Shown: in pieces, positions 51,072-61,394 of the stretch
How positions within the stretch are numbered: the first letter of the stretch is position 1
Layout: every line of letters begins with the position of its first letter
IMG/VR virus record: IMGVR_UViG_3300046167_000815
Coordinates: 15,212-79,211 of that record
Length of the DNA: 64,000 nucleotides
Direction: 5' to 3' (one strand)
Origin: a virus
Notes under the pieces: model-generated
What the model saw: only the letters and a program-made list of their open reading frames with translations
Databases searched by the model: none
What the model was told of the DNA's origin: nothing
Position numbers and translations under genes: made by a program

Positions 51072-52247
51072 GTTGTAGTTTAATTAAATTTACAAATTCA
51101 GCTAATGTTACATCTGTTACCAAACTCGGATCTACATTCTTCATTCTTTTTTGCATCCACTTCTCTTCTTGAGTTTGCGGTGTATAAAGATTTATAAAGT
51201 ATGCTTCCTTGCCTGGAATATGTCTTACTACTCTTCCTAATTGTTGAATAAAAGTAAGAGCAGTAGAGTTACTGCCTGCTACAATTCCTATAGAACATTC
51301 AGGTACATCCAATCCCTCGTTTAAAGCTTTACACGTGTTTAGAATTCTAATCTTCGTGCGTTTATCTTTAAAAGTCTTCATTACAATGCCCTGTGACTTC
51401 TTAGAAAGTTTGCTATGAAAAGTCATCGAAATGTCCCCCAAGGACACTCTGTAAGGAATCAGCAAAATCTGTGTTTGCACTAAAAGTAAGGCCGTTTCTG
51501 TTAGGAAACAGTCTTTACAATAGTTGCAACAGCATTAACTTTGTTTATGTTATTCAAACAAAGTTTCTTTCTTGTTCTTAATGAGTTATAATAAGCGGCA
51601 GCTTTGCCTCTTTCAGTAGGATCATCAGATCCTATCCATAATTTAGCAGTATCAAAAGCTTGTCCACCTCTGCCCATTTGCATGGCAAAGTATTTAAAAC
51701 TATTGTCTGCTTTTTTATATGCAGCTAAGTCGTCAGGAGTAAACGGCACTTGTACATTAAAGATTTTATATGGAGAAATCCATGAATGCTGTAAAGCCTC
51801 TTCAATAGTAATAGTGTCAAAGACTGGCATTTGTTTTAATATAATTTCATGCAGTCCGTCATCTCTTTCTAACGTAGCTGTTAAGCCTAAGATATACTTG
51901 TACTTAGTACGTACAAATATTTCTTTAAATGTTTCTGCAGCATATCTATGAACCTCGTCTAAGATTAAAAAATCTACGTCGTGGGTCTTTTTTACTGCAG
52001 AGTTTATAACATATACTTCTGCTATATTTACTTTCTTTTTGGCCAATTCTTTCTCCCATTGTTCTTTTAGTGTGATAGTAGGAACTACTACAACTACACT
52101 CTTGATTTGTTTTTTGGAGATCATGCCTATGATCGCTCTAATTGCTGTATATGTTTTACCGAAACCTGTAGGATATTCGGCAATGCCTTGAAACGAAGAC
52201 TGTCTCCATTTACGAAGACCCTCAACCTGTCTTGCATCTCTATTCAT
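51058..52247 (-). CDS. Superfamily 2 DExH helicase (frameshifts near 51510 and 51437)
   Basis: PTGFGKT, LDEVH, LTAT, LNEGLDVP, QQLGRVVR. Confidence 0.85.
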
Positions 52248-52250
52248 AAT

Positions 52251-52707
52251 TTAATATTCTTCTAAGTTTTTAATTAAATACTTAATTGCAGTACCCATAT
52301 TACGTACTCCTAATTGTTTTCTTACATTTTCTACTTTTCTAACTTCTTGTTCATCTAAGAATACTACTAAGCTTCTTCTTTTCTTAAATGTTTGAGCTAA
52401 TTTGTCAGGTTCTTGAGGTGTCCAAGGAAACTTTCTGTCTAACTTCAATTGTGTTTCTTAAAAAAGCAGGATCTGCCGCTAAGAAAAAAGCAGAGTTTTT
52501 AGCAAGACATATACTAGAACGATTTTTATCTAGTACTATAGATATACGCAACTCTGACCACTTAAACTTATAGTATAAAATATTTATTATATAGTTTCTA
52601 GGATCTATAATTTCTCTCTTCCTTAATTTTCTATCTAACCTCTCTTCTTTTATATAATCTACCAAATCTTGTTCAGTAAATTCTTCATCTAAAATTTCTT
52701 TCTCCAT
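52251..52707 (-). CDS. HTH protein, DnaA domain IV-like (frameshift near 52430)
   Basis: DPRNYIINIL...SELRISIVLDKNRSSICLA resembles the DnaA C-terminal HTH. Confidence 0.45.
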
Positions 52708-52720
52708 ATTATTATTGATA

Positions 52721-52746
52721 AAAAAAGAGGGACTATTCCCTCTTTT
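52721..52746. terminator. Intrinsic terminator downstream of amidase
   Basis: AAAAGAGGGA-ctat-TCCCTCTTTT. Confidence 0.7.
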
Positions 52747-52776
52747 ATATTTTTATGTAGTGCAACTATTCAGTAA

Positions 52777-53477
52777 TTACACTAACTCTTTTTCTTCAAT
52801 TTCTAAAATCATTTCAAAATGAATTTTAGCAATTCTATCTCTACCTTCTTCACTTAATAAGTATTTATGACAGTTATCGTAGTTAGTCATAAAAAAGTTT
52901 TCACTTAGTATAGCAGGCATAGCTGTTTTTTTCAGTACCCAAAAATTAGATTCTTTATCAGCATCGCCGTCTCTAGTGTCCTTTCTCATATACTCATCAG
53001 GAAATTCTTTTTGTGCTTTTTCTGCTAAAACAGAAGCTACTATATCTGACTTAGTTTCTCCTTTAGAAGTATAAACAGACCAGCCATTAGCAGATTCTTT
53101 AGTAAATCGCATCAGCATGAATTGACACATAAATAGTGTTTCCTTTTTCACGATGTATACTATTTGCTTTTGCAGTTCTTTTACTTAGAGGAGTATCTTC
53201 TTGTGTATCAACTAAATTAATACATTCTATGCCTTTTTCAGCACACATTTTAACTAAACGATTAACAATCGCTCTGTTAAATTCTCCTTCAAATAATTGA
53301 GATCCATCTTCCCATACAGGAGAACGTTTTCCAGGAGTTTGATATTCTCCATCAATTATTCCTCCATGACCATTGTCTAAAATCCATAAATAATTTGACT
53401 TTGGTGTAGGACAAAATTCATTAGAACATGAATCATATTTAGTCCCACATTTAGGGACACTCAACTATTTTTTTCAT
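52777..53477 (-). CDS. N-acetylmuramoyl-L-alanine amidase (Amidase_3 endolysin; frameshifts near 53456 and 53103)
   Basis: ILDNGHGG, EGEFN, YVSIHADA, PAILSENFFM. The corrected start reads MKKIVECPKCG. Confidence 0.85.
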
Positions 53478-53496
53478 CTGTTAACTGTTTTATTTA

Positions 53497-53504
53497 CAAA
53501 TATA
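53497..53504 (-). promoter_or_regulatory. Bacteroidota -7 element upstream of amidase
   Basis: TATATTTG on the minus strand, ~20 nt before ATG 53477. Confidence 0.55.
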
Positions 53505-53507
53505 TAA

Positions 53508-53976
53508 CTACTTAGAGTCAAAGTCAAACATCTCTTCTTTATAATTTTCTGCATGTCTGTATAACTCATGTTTTAAGTTTTCTCCAATATTAAGATCGTC
53601 TATATCTGTTCCGCAAATATCTATACTTTTAATTCTATAGATAGGAACGTAGTCAGGAGGACAACTTTCATGGTACAATTCTTCTTCTAAATCACTCTCT
53701 ACTTCTATGTATGCAAACACCTCATCCTCTCCCCAACTTATACAAATCTCACTGCCTGTTCTTGTAACGTCGAAAACTAATCCTCTAAGTTCTCCTTCAA
53801 AAGGAACTTCTTGTAAAAAATAATATTGATTCTCAGATTCTTTTACAGAAAAATTTTTTCTGTGCACATGCTAATGTTGCGTGCTCAATATCTGCAAATA
53901 TTTTTACAACTTTTGTAAGAGAGTTGTGGTCTCTGAAAGTAATGTTTTGCATTAATGCAATTGCTGTCTCATACAT
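53508..53976 (-). CDS. Hypothetical acidic protein (frameshift near 53855)
   Basis: The ATG 53976 frame joins the 53508-53867 ORF after a one-base correction. Confidence 0.5.
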
Positions 53977-54004
53977 AGTATAAAGTTTAATAGTTAGTAC
54001 TTAA

Positions 54005-54151
54005 CTAAACTAATTCTTGTCTATATAAATTAACAAACACTAGTCTAGCAAATTTAAAATCTTTTGCTCTATTTAATTTAAGACCGTATGCTAAAGCAAT
54101 TGGCTGTAAATGTTTATGAGCTTCTGTTATAGTCATTTTTCCTATATCCAT
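54005..54151 (-). CDS. Small hypothetical protein (48 aa)
   Basis: Read manually: MDIGKMTITEAHKHLQPIALAYGLKLNRAKDFKFARLVFVNLYRQELV. Confidence 0.5.
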   Translation of the reverse strand: MDIGKMTITEAHKHLQPIALAYGLKLNRAKDFKFARLVFVNLYRQELV

Positions 54152-54287
54152 TGTATTTAGTATTATACTTATCAAAATTTTTGTTTAACTCTTCGTAGTA
54201 TTTATCATTACAAGCGTTGTCAATACAGTATTCTCTGTTTAACGATTGTGGAATGAAGTCTTCTCCGCAGTGTTTACATTTTTTCAT
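54114..54287 (-). CDS. Small Zn-finger protein
   Basis: MKKCKHCGEDFIP...YCIDNAC. Confidence 0.5.
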   Translation of the reverse strand: MKKCKHCGEDFIPQSLNREYCIDNACNDKYYEELNKNFDKYNTKYNGYRKNDYNRSS

Positions 54288-54386
54288 TTTATCAATATAT
54301 ATATTAAATAGAACAGAAAGAAACAGCCAATCACTCCTGTAATAAGAGTAATTGCTGTAGTTATTTTATTTTTCATATCGATAAAT

Positions 54387-55430
54387 TTAATCATTTCTAA
54401 ATCCATAACAAATTGGAAACCTTGGTAATCCATCATCTGTATACTCAAAGAACCTTATTTCTGCCATACGACCAATGTAATCTTTTTTGTTTGCCAGTAT
54501 TTCTTCTCGTTCTTTGTGAGAAAATTTCATACCACAACCAAATGTACCTTTGTCGTTTTTACAGTGCACTATTCCTTGTAATGGGTCCTTAGTAGAAACT
54601 AATACATCTATTACTTCACAAGAAATATCTATAAAATCTTTGTATTTTAATAGTTGAGAATCACGTTTGTTTACTCCGTAACCTGCATACGAATGCCTTA
54701 CAATAGTTCCTTCGTAGCCTTTGCTTAGAAATATTTTATGATAAGTATCTATTTCTTGTTCGTTCTTAACTTCGTAAGTAGGAACAACAGTTACTTGATC
54801 AATATCTACAAGTATAGAAGACAACAAAGCTAATCTTTCTTTAAAAGGTTTGTCACTTACTATATCGTACACATGAAATTTAATATTCTCCGACTTTCCT
54901 GGACGATACTTTTTAATAAGCTTCATGTTTTCTTGAAAAGATAATCCATGGGCATACAATTCTCCATCAAAGTTATATCCTTCAGGCAAAACATTAGTAA
55001 TATGCCCCATAGTATCTACGGGTCTGCCTTTACGAGATATAATACTTCTATCTTTCATAGTAAGAGCACGTTGTCCGTCTAACTTAGGTTGAACAAAACA
55101 AGGAAAATTTACTTTATGAGATTCTTTTTTGTAATCTTTTGCCAACATAGGCAATATTATCTCACTTTCTTCAGCTTCTTCAATAGTGTTAAAGTATTCT
55201 TCTACCATCTTAGATACTATTTTAGCTTCTGCTTCTAATACTGCTTGTTGTTCTCCAGTAGTCTCGTTACTTTTCCCTATGTTTTTAGGGGTACAAGTAC
55301 TTCGATGAGTAATTAGTTTACCGTCAAGTACACCTGATTCTTGAATCAGTTCAGCTCCTTGAGTATATACGTGAAGTATACGTATTTTACCTTTAGAATC
55401 CTTTTTATAAATCTTCCTTGAATAGTTCAT
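54387..55430 (-). CDS. lig: ATP-dependent DNA ligase
   Basis: QPKLDGQR, DGELY, EGTIVR, LLKYK, PRFP. Confidence 0.9.
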   Translation of the reverse strand: MNYSRKIYKKDSKGKIRILHVYTQGAELIQESGVLDGKLITHRSTCTPKNIGKSNETTGEQQAVLEAEAKIVSKMVEEYFNTIEEAEESEIILPMLAKDYKKESHKVNFPCFVQPKLDGQRALTMKDRSIISRKGRPVDTMGHITNVLPEGYNFDGELYAHGLSFQENMKLIKKYRPGKSENIKFHVYDIVSDKPFKERLALLSSILVDIDQVTVVPTYEVKNEQEIDTYHKIFLSKGYEGTIVRHSYAGYGVNKRDSQLLKYKDFIDISCEVIDVLVSTKDPLQGIVHCKNDKGTFGCGMKFSHKEREEILANKKDYIGRMAEIRFFEYTDDGLPRFPICYGFRND

Positions 55431-55718
55431 ACTAATATTATTTACATTGTTAATAATACATACACCGCATAGATTAATAGGCCTAATCCAATTACTCCTT
55501 GAATTAATCCAAATCCCATTTCTACATTGTCTACATTGTCTTCTTTTTCTTTTTTCTCTTCTTTCATTTTAAAAGTATTAAATTATTATTCTTTTACTAG
55601 TTCACAATCTTCTTTATAAATAACTTGATAAGTACCTCTAACAGAGTAGTATCTGTCGTCAGAGTCTTTTACTTTATACTCTTTACCTATCTTGTCTTTA
55701 TACCAAAGACTGTCTGTT

Positions 55719-56015
55719 TTACTTCTTAATATTTTCACTGTAATATGTCTTCTCGCCATTTTTAATTTCTTTATATTTTAGCCTGACTTTTTTCTCACTT
55801 ATTGCAAACTTCTTACGCATTAGTTTAAGATCCTCTTTGTTTATATTATAATCTTTTAAAAAATCAAATACACATTTTTCTGATTTTCCTAATTCTAAAG
55901 CAGCGTGTTTAATAGTTGAAGTTGCACATAGTGCATTTATAAATATTCTTTTTTTATTAGCTAAAAGAGTGACAATTTTATCATCGCCACTCTTATAATT
56001 TAAATCCTCCTTCAT
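55719..56015 (-). CDS. Fis-like HTH protein
   Basis: INAL...TIKHAALELGKSEKCVFDFLKDYNI. Confidence 0.5.
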   Translation of the reverse strand: MKEDLNYKSGDDKIVTLLANKKRIFINALCATSTIKHAALELGKSEKCVFDFLKDYNINKEDLKLMRKKFAISEKKVRLKYKEIKNGEKTYYSENIKK

Positions 56016-56024
56016 TTAATAGTT

Positions 56025-58040
56025 TTAATGGGTCCAGTATGGTGTTTTACAAGGCTCAGCTTTTAGTGGAACTGTTTTACAGAACACATCGCCAGCATCT
56101 TCCATACATTTTTTAAGTATAGTACTCATTTTATCTGCTATATCTTCAGAGCATTCTACATGGATCTCGTCGTGTACAACATTAGGTATTAATACTTTAA
56201 ATAAAAGATTATTCTTTTCTAAATATTTAAATAAATACACACCTGCAAGTTTAGTAATATCTGCAGACGTACCTTGTACAGGATAATTCAAAGCATCTCT
56301 TTCAATACCACCTTTCTTAACAAAGTAATTTCTTACTTTAGGTTTTAGAAAAGTATTAAAATAATGAGAGTCTTCTGCTTTTTCTCTTTTATACTCAGTC
56401 CAGAACTTCTTATCTCCATACAACTCTGCATGTAAACTTTGAAATTCTTCAAACCCATATACAAAACATTTACGTTTACTTACATCGTTAAATGTAATAT
56501 AACCGTCAGAAATAGCTTTCTCTTTTGCTTGTTTAAAGTAATCAGCTAAACCAGGAAAAGCTTCAAAGTATGCTTGGTATACCATCTCGCCTGTTTCTAA
56601 AGGTAAAGATAAATTCTTAGCAATAGTCATACCTACACCACCATAGTTAATAGCAAAACCTGCGGCTTTAGCCATTTGGCGTAAGTCAGGTCTTTCTTTC
56701 TTAACATCGTTTAGTTCTATACCTTCAAGTTCTTTTGGAAATATTTTTTTAGCATTAAAAGAATGCATATCTCCTAAACCTTTAGCATAGAACTCTAACA
56801 AATTAGGTTCTAAAGATTTATTAGCTAACACAACCTGTTCTTGACCAGAATAATCTGCTACAATTAGAGTATTACCTGGTTCAGCAACAAAACAAGATCT
56901 TGTTCTATCGTCACTCGGAACATTTTGCATATTAGGTTTTTGATCTATACCTTTTTTAGGGTTACCTTTCTGACCACTAGACAATCTGCCTGTGTTCATA
57001 ATCTGTGTATAATTAGTATGTATACGTTTAGTAACAGGATTAATATAATCAAACCAGTTATCGCCATAAGTACTTACTACTTTGTTAGCCTCACTGTATT
57101 CTATATACGCTCCTACCATAGGATGTACAGATTTTTGAGTACTAAGAACAGATTTATCTATAGAATCTTTTAGATTACCTGTTTTCTTATCTAACACAGA
57201 AGTGTTTACTCCAAGTTTTCTCATAAAAGGAATAACTTGTTTAGAACTACTCCAGTTTATAAGAGTTTTTAGCTCAGAATCAAACAAATCCATTTGATTG
57301 TTTATCAAGTAAGAAAACTTTTCGTTATTAAATACAAAATCATCTAATACTTTTTCTTTGCTATTAAGAATATTCTTGTCTTCTGTACACTTAGTACGCC
57401 ATTTATCAGTGTCTAATTTAACACCGCAGTATTCTATATAAGCCAATACACGGACATACTCATTGTCTAAACTTACTGTTTTCAGCAGGTCGAGCTTTTT
57501 CAACTCGACCATTTGCTTACTTCTTATTTCATGTAAATATTTAACATCGTCTCCCGCATACTTTATAACTCTTGTACTTAGTCCTTCTTTAAGTATATCA
57601 GCTCTTACAGACTTGTCCATCTCTTTTCCACCACAGTATTTAAATACTAAATGGTCAAGTGATTTTCTTGCAGTAGGTATACCAGTAGTAAGAATTCTTT
57701 CTGCTAAGAAAGTATCGTAAACTTTTTTAGGAACAATACCTTGACGATACAAAAACTTTAAGTCAAACTTAGCGTTCTGCATTATCATAGTTTTGTTCTC
57801 TACAATATCCTTAAACAGTTTAATATCAACAGTAGTACAATCTATTACAAATTGTTTTTTACTATCGCCTAACTGTAAACTAAGTATATCTTTAGTAAAC
57901 TGGTCAAAACCTTTTGTTTCTGTGTCTAAGCCAATTATATCCAAATCATTCAAATACTTTAAACATCGCTCCACACTACATAGTTTGTACTCTGTAGGCT
58001 CAACAATACTTTGTTGATTGGTTATAAAATATGTGCTCAT
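56025..58040 (-). CDS. polA: Family A DNA polymerase with 3'-5' exonuclease
   Basis: LDTETKG, NAKFD, TGRLSS, motif A DYSGQE, motif B RQMAKAAGFAINYG, motif C VHDE. Confidence 0.95.
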   Translation of the reverse strand: MSTYFITNQQSIVEPTEYKLCSVERCLKYLNDLDIIGLDTETKGFDQFTKDILSLQLGDSKKQFVIDCTTVDIKLFKDIVENKTMIMQNAKFDLKFLYRQGIVPKKVYDTFLAERILTTGIPTARKSLDHLVFKYCGGKEMDKSVRADILKEGLSTRVIKYAGDDVKYLHEIRSKQMVELKKLDLLKTVSLDNEYVRVLAYIEYCGVKLDTDKWRTKCTEDKNILNSKEKVLDDFVFNNEKFSYLINNQMDLFDSELKTLINWSSSKQVIPFMRKLGVNTSVLDKKTGNLKDSIDKSVLSTQKSVHPMVGAYIEYSEANKVVSTYGDNWFDYINPVTKRIHTNYTQIMNTGRLSSGQKGNPKKGIDQKPNMQNVPSDDRTRSCFVAEPGNTLIVADYSGQEQVVLANKSLEPNLLEFYAKGLGDMHSFNAKKIFPKELEGIELNDVKKERPDLRQMAKAAGFAINYGGVGMTIAKNLSLPLETGEMVYQAYFEAFPGLADYFKQAKEKAISDGYITFNDVSKRKCFVYGFEEFQSLHAELYGDKKFWTEYKREKAEDSHYFNTFLKPKVRNYFVKKGGIERDALNYPVQGTSADITKLAGVYLFKYLEKNNLLFKVLIPNVVHDEIHVECSEDIADKMSTILKKCMEDAGDVFCKTVPLKAEPCKTPYWTH

Positions 58041-58042
58041 AA

Positions 58043-58294
58043 TTATTCTATTAAATATTCTGGGTAATTATACTCTGACATTCTCTGTATTTTTTCTAAG
58101 TCTTCCATCTCTATGTGAAGTCTTTCGTAATACATTATATCATTAGCGGTGCAAGCTACATTAAATTGCTCACTAATCAAATATGCCATTTCTTCATTTG
58201 ATACAGGATAGTAATCCATATGTATCAATCTTAGGTAAATACCTATATCTTCTAAAGAGACTGGCTGTCTCTCTATTATTTTAAATTTATCCAT
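58043..58294 (-). CDS. Hypothetical protein
   Basis: 83-aa ORF with an A-rich leader. Confidence 0.55.
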   Translation of the reverse strand: MDKFKIIERQPVSLEDIGIYLRLIHMDYYPVSNEEMAYLISEQFNVACTANDIMYYERLHIEMEDLEKIQRMSEYNYPEYLIE

Positions 58295-58338
58295 TTTATT
58301 AGAGTTTTATAAATTATAGAAACATTTATGTAAAATAT

Positions 58339-58387
58339 AAAAAAGAGCAGAAAGGACAGACATCTACAAATGTCCTTTCTAACTCTT
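58339..58387 (-). terminator. Intrinsic terminator
   Basis: AGAAAGGACA...TGTCCTTTCT 10-bp stem with a T tract on the minus strand. Confidence 0.6.
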
Positions 58388-58438
58388 AATCGGGAGCAGA
58401 AATCACGCCACTCCCTACAAACCAATTATGTTACTGGA

Positions 58439-58984
58439 TTAACCAGCGATTGCTTCTGCTACTGCGTTATCCAAAGACATTGCAGAATCAGCACGTCTTG
58501 TATTAGACAAGAATACGTGTTTAGCATCTCCAAGAACTACATCTGATTTTACGTAGATATAAGATCCATTCTCTGAAAGAATAAAATCTCCGTCTTTTCC
58601 TGCACGTTTAGCACGTGTTTCAAAGTTAGCTACATCATACTCAGAACCATTTGTTGTTTCTGTAATTTGTATACTCAATGATTGTCCGTTAATAGTAGGA
58701 TTTTTAAGTCCTATTTCCATAACTTGTCCCTCTTCTGTAAGAGAGCTACAATCAATTCCTAAAGCAGTTTTAATGTCTGTAATTTCACCTGAATGCCACG
58801 CATAACGAGGTTTAGCAGATACATTAAATCTTTCATCTGACTGATTCAACAGTCCTACAATAGATGTTGGTCGTAAATTAGGATTAGCGATTCTTTCTGC
58901 AAACATAAGTTGCACTTTGTCACCACTTACTTTTTTAGCACTTACAACTACACATTCTCCTGTTTTTAAATCTTCGATATTCAT
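58439..58984 (-). CDS. Hypothetical beta-rich protein, possibly nucleic-acid binding
   Basis: 181 aa, flanked by a structured leader and a terminator. Confidence 0.6.
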   Translation of the reverse strand: MNIEDLKTGECVVVSAKKVSGDKVQLMFAERIANPNLRPTSIVGLLNQSDERFNVSAKPRYAWHSGEITDIKTALGIDCSSLTEEGQVMEIGLKNPTINGQSLSIQITETTNGSEYDVANFETRAKRAGKDGDFILSENGSYIYVKSDVVLGDAKHVFLSNTRRADSAMSLDNAVAEAIAG

Positions 58985-59019
58985 CTGATTTTTGTTTTTA
59001 AATTAAATAATAAATTTCT

Positions 59020-59130
59020 GTAATTGCTTTCTTGACATTAGTAAGGCTTGTCATTTCGATACATTGCATAGGAACTATTGACTGACTTGGAGTCTATGGT
59101 ACTATCTAATAGTAAAAGCCTGAGAATTAC
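59020..59130 (-). ncRNA. Candidate structured RNA element/leader
   Basis: Nested complementarities GTAATT/AATTAC, TACTAT/ATAGTA, CATAG/CTATG, TGAC/GTCA, plus crossing AGGCTT/AAGCCT. Confidence 0.35.
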
Positions 59131-59169
59131 ATACTACTGAAAGCAGGTGTAGTATATCTTGTTGTTTAA

Positions 59170-59340
59170 TTAATAACCATTAATAATAGCCCACTCATTC
59201 TGTATTCCTGGGTGGTTCTTATTTGCGGAAATATACTTTGAGGCTTCTTCTTTAGTTGTTCCTGTAAAAATGATTCCTGTATTTTCTTCAATAGACTTAA
59301 TATAATCTAATTGTTTCTGTGTTGGTTTTTCTTTTTTCAT
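59170..59340 (-). CDS. Small hypothetical protein (56 aa)
   Basis: MKKEKPTQKQLDYIKSIEENTGIIFTGTTKEEASKYIS... Confidence 0.6.
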   Translation of the reverse strand: MKKEKPTQKQLDYIKSIEENTGIIFTGTTKEEASKYISANKNHPGIQNEWAIINGY

Positions 59341-59428
59341 TGTTCTTGTTGTTTAAAGGTTAAATAATCTGGCTTAGTTATACAAACAGCCATGACCAAA
59401 AGAAGGCGAGAAATATCTTTAATAACAC

Positions 59429-59689
59429 TTAGGCAAGTGTTACATCTTGATGTTTTGCCCATTTTAAATATTTCTTATCTTTTTTAGAATAAGCTAAATA
59501 CTCTGAATTTAATTCACATATAAAGTCACATAGTGACTCACAAGAATAATCATCAGTAGTAGGAATCCAAAAAGATATAGCAGAATCCAATTCTTCAGGG
59601 CTTAAATTCATATCAAGGTCAAACTCAAATGTTATCTCTTCATACTCGCCTTTGAACTTGGCATTTGTAAATGTTCTTTTTGTACTCAT
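59429..59689 (-). CDS. Hypothetical acidic protein
   Basis: 86-aa ORF. Confidence 0.55.
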   Translation of the reverse strand: MSTKRTFTNAKFKGEYEEITFEFDLDMNLSPEELDSAISFWIPTTDDYSCESLCDFICELNSEYLAYSKKDKKYLKWAKHQDVTLA

Positions 59690-59703
59690 ATATAAAAGAT
59701 AAT

Positions 59704-59737
59704 AAAAAAAGGTCTAAGGTAGCAACACCTTAGACCT
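59704..59737 (-). terminator. Intrinsic terminator
   Basis: AGGTCTAAGGT-6 nt-ACCTTAGACCT with a T tract on the minus strand. Confidence 0.75.
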
Positions 59738-59747
59738 CTAACTCTAA

Positions 59748-60151
59748 CTATGAACCCGCTAACTCTTGGCTAGTTAGCTTGAACTTCTTGTTACTAATTT
59801 TTTCTACTTGGTAAACTTCATTGTCTAACCAAATAAGTTTGCCATTGTTAGAATCATCCATGTTAGCATCCAGTTCAAATAAACCTGGAGCAGATGGTTC
59901 TATGTATAGCATTTTTTTAGAATCAGCGTCTGTCATTACTACCATAAAAGGGTAGTCTACACTGAAGTCAAAAGCATAAGTATCTTCTGTTAGAGTTTTA
60001 CATACGAATATCCATTCGTTGTTATCGAATACATATACTTCTGATAATGTTTTGCCATTTGCGTTTAAAAGGTGGCCCTTGTACAGTAAGTGTTTGGCTA
60101 AAACCTTACAGTAGTTAATAATGATAAGGCCAATGTGATTAAAAGTTTCAT
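59748..60151 (-). CDS. Secreted protein with Sec signal peptide (two frameshifts near 60105 and 60077)
   Basis: Reconstructed as MKLLITLALSLLTTVGFS-QTLTVQGHLLNANGKTLSEVYVF..., joining the 59748-59945 ORF. Confidence 0.5.
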
Positions 60152-61093
60152 AGTTAATTAGTTTAAATAGTGAATAAAATTAAATTTGTTTTCTAATAGA
60201 ATGTGTTCTGATTTATTATACTCAGGTATCTTAGTCCAATATATAAATAGGGCTGCGACTTCTATGTCAGACAGCCCATAAAATATATCTTTGTTATATA
60301 TACATTCTATTTGATTCATACCTTATCGTTGTCTGTCCATTAATTGTGACAGCTTTGTAAGGTAAATATCACTTGATATTAAATCATACAGTTCTTGTAT
60401 GTATTTAAGATCTGCGTCGTTAAAAGAAGGATTCCTTGATAATTCGTACAGGAAATCTTTCTCTTATCTCATCATTGTCTGTTTCATAGAAAGAGTTTTA
60501 ATAAAGTTAATATTTATTATTGAGCTATAAAATATAGTTAGAGAACTATCTTCTCTTTTTATATTTACCGTTGCCTACTAAGATAGTGCTGTTGTAGCAT
60601 TTCTTTCTTCTATGTTTTTTCTTTTTCTTCTTCTTAGGCTTTTAATTGCTGAGAAGATACATCAACAGATTGTACTGTTGTTTCTGCAGTAGCAGATGTT
60701 GGCTTTGCTGAACATACTTACTCCTAAGTATATGTGGAACTACCATTACGAGAGTTAATAATACTAATTGTTTCATGATAATTGTTTTCATGAGAGTGTT
60801 TAATGTTAATAATTAATATAGTGCTATAAAGAATTAAATAAGATTGTTAATGGGTGTATAGTTACATGTTGTAATAGGGGTGTTAATAAGGACTATCACA
60901 CACAGTTAAGAAACTTTAAAAGTTTTTTAAAAAAACTCTACAAACCCTATAAACTCTACATAATTCTTGTAAAGTTTACTACTTTATTGCAAGATTTAGT
61001 AGGTGTCGTGGGACTGTGCCACTTACTTTGTTTATAAAGTTTAATACTTTACTGTGTCGTCTGACTGTGCAATACTTTATTCTTTTCAGGCAC

Positions 61094-61122
61094 AAAGAAA
61101 AGAAGAGGAGCCGAAGCTCCTC
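61094..61122 (-). terminator. Intrinsic terminator with cUUCGg loop
   Basis: Minus strand GAGGAG-CTTCGG-CTCCTC followed by TTCTTTTCTTT. Confidence 0.75.
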
Positions 61123-61127
61123 ATCTG

Positions 61128-61394
61128 TTATGCTACGCTGTATGTTAGTTCTAAGAGAACAGATACGTTGCCGTCTCCGTCAGGCTTAGTAGTACGTGGC
61201 GTGTTGTCTTCGTTACGCATAGGGACAAGAGAGAATCCGTCAGGTATCTCGAAGCTGTCTCCCTCTTTAACACCTGCAGGTATTCCTTGACGTGATACGT
61301 AACAAGGTGTACTACGCAACTCAAGTGCGTGGTTCTTAACTAAAATTAGTGCCGACTTCTCGCCACGGTTCGAATGAAAAATTGCTGTTGCCAT
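61128..61394 (-). CDS. First gene of the leftward (early) block, hypothetical
   Basis: 88 aa with a TAAAACTCTAATAA leader and its own terminator. Higher GC than neighbours. Confidence 0.65.
   Translation of the reverse strand: MATAIFHSNRGEKSALILVKNHALELRSTPCYVSRQGIPAGVKEGDSFEIPDGFSLVPMRNEDNTPRTTKPDGDGNVSVLLELTYSVA

Noticed and set aside
3105-53460. Programmed +1 frameshifting at CCC-TAA/TAG sites (3108, 39023, 53456) in lysis and other genes
   Set aside because: The same extra-base pattern hits many unrelated essential genes at non-slippery sites, so sequencing error is more parsimonious. Revisit only if accurate reads confirm them.
60249-60277. GGGCTG...CAGCCC hairpin as a terminator
   Set aside because: It lies inside a plausible small ORF (60158-60319, minus strand) and has no clear U tract.
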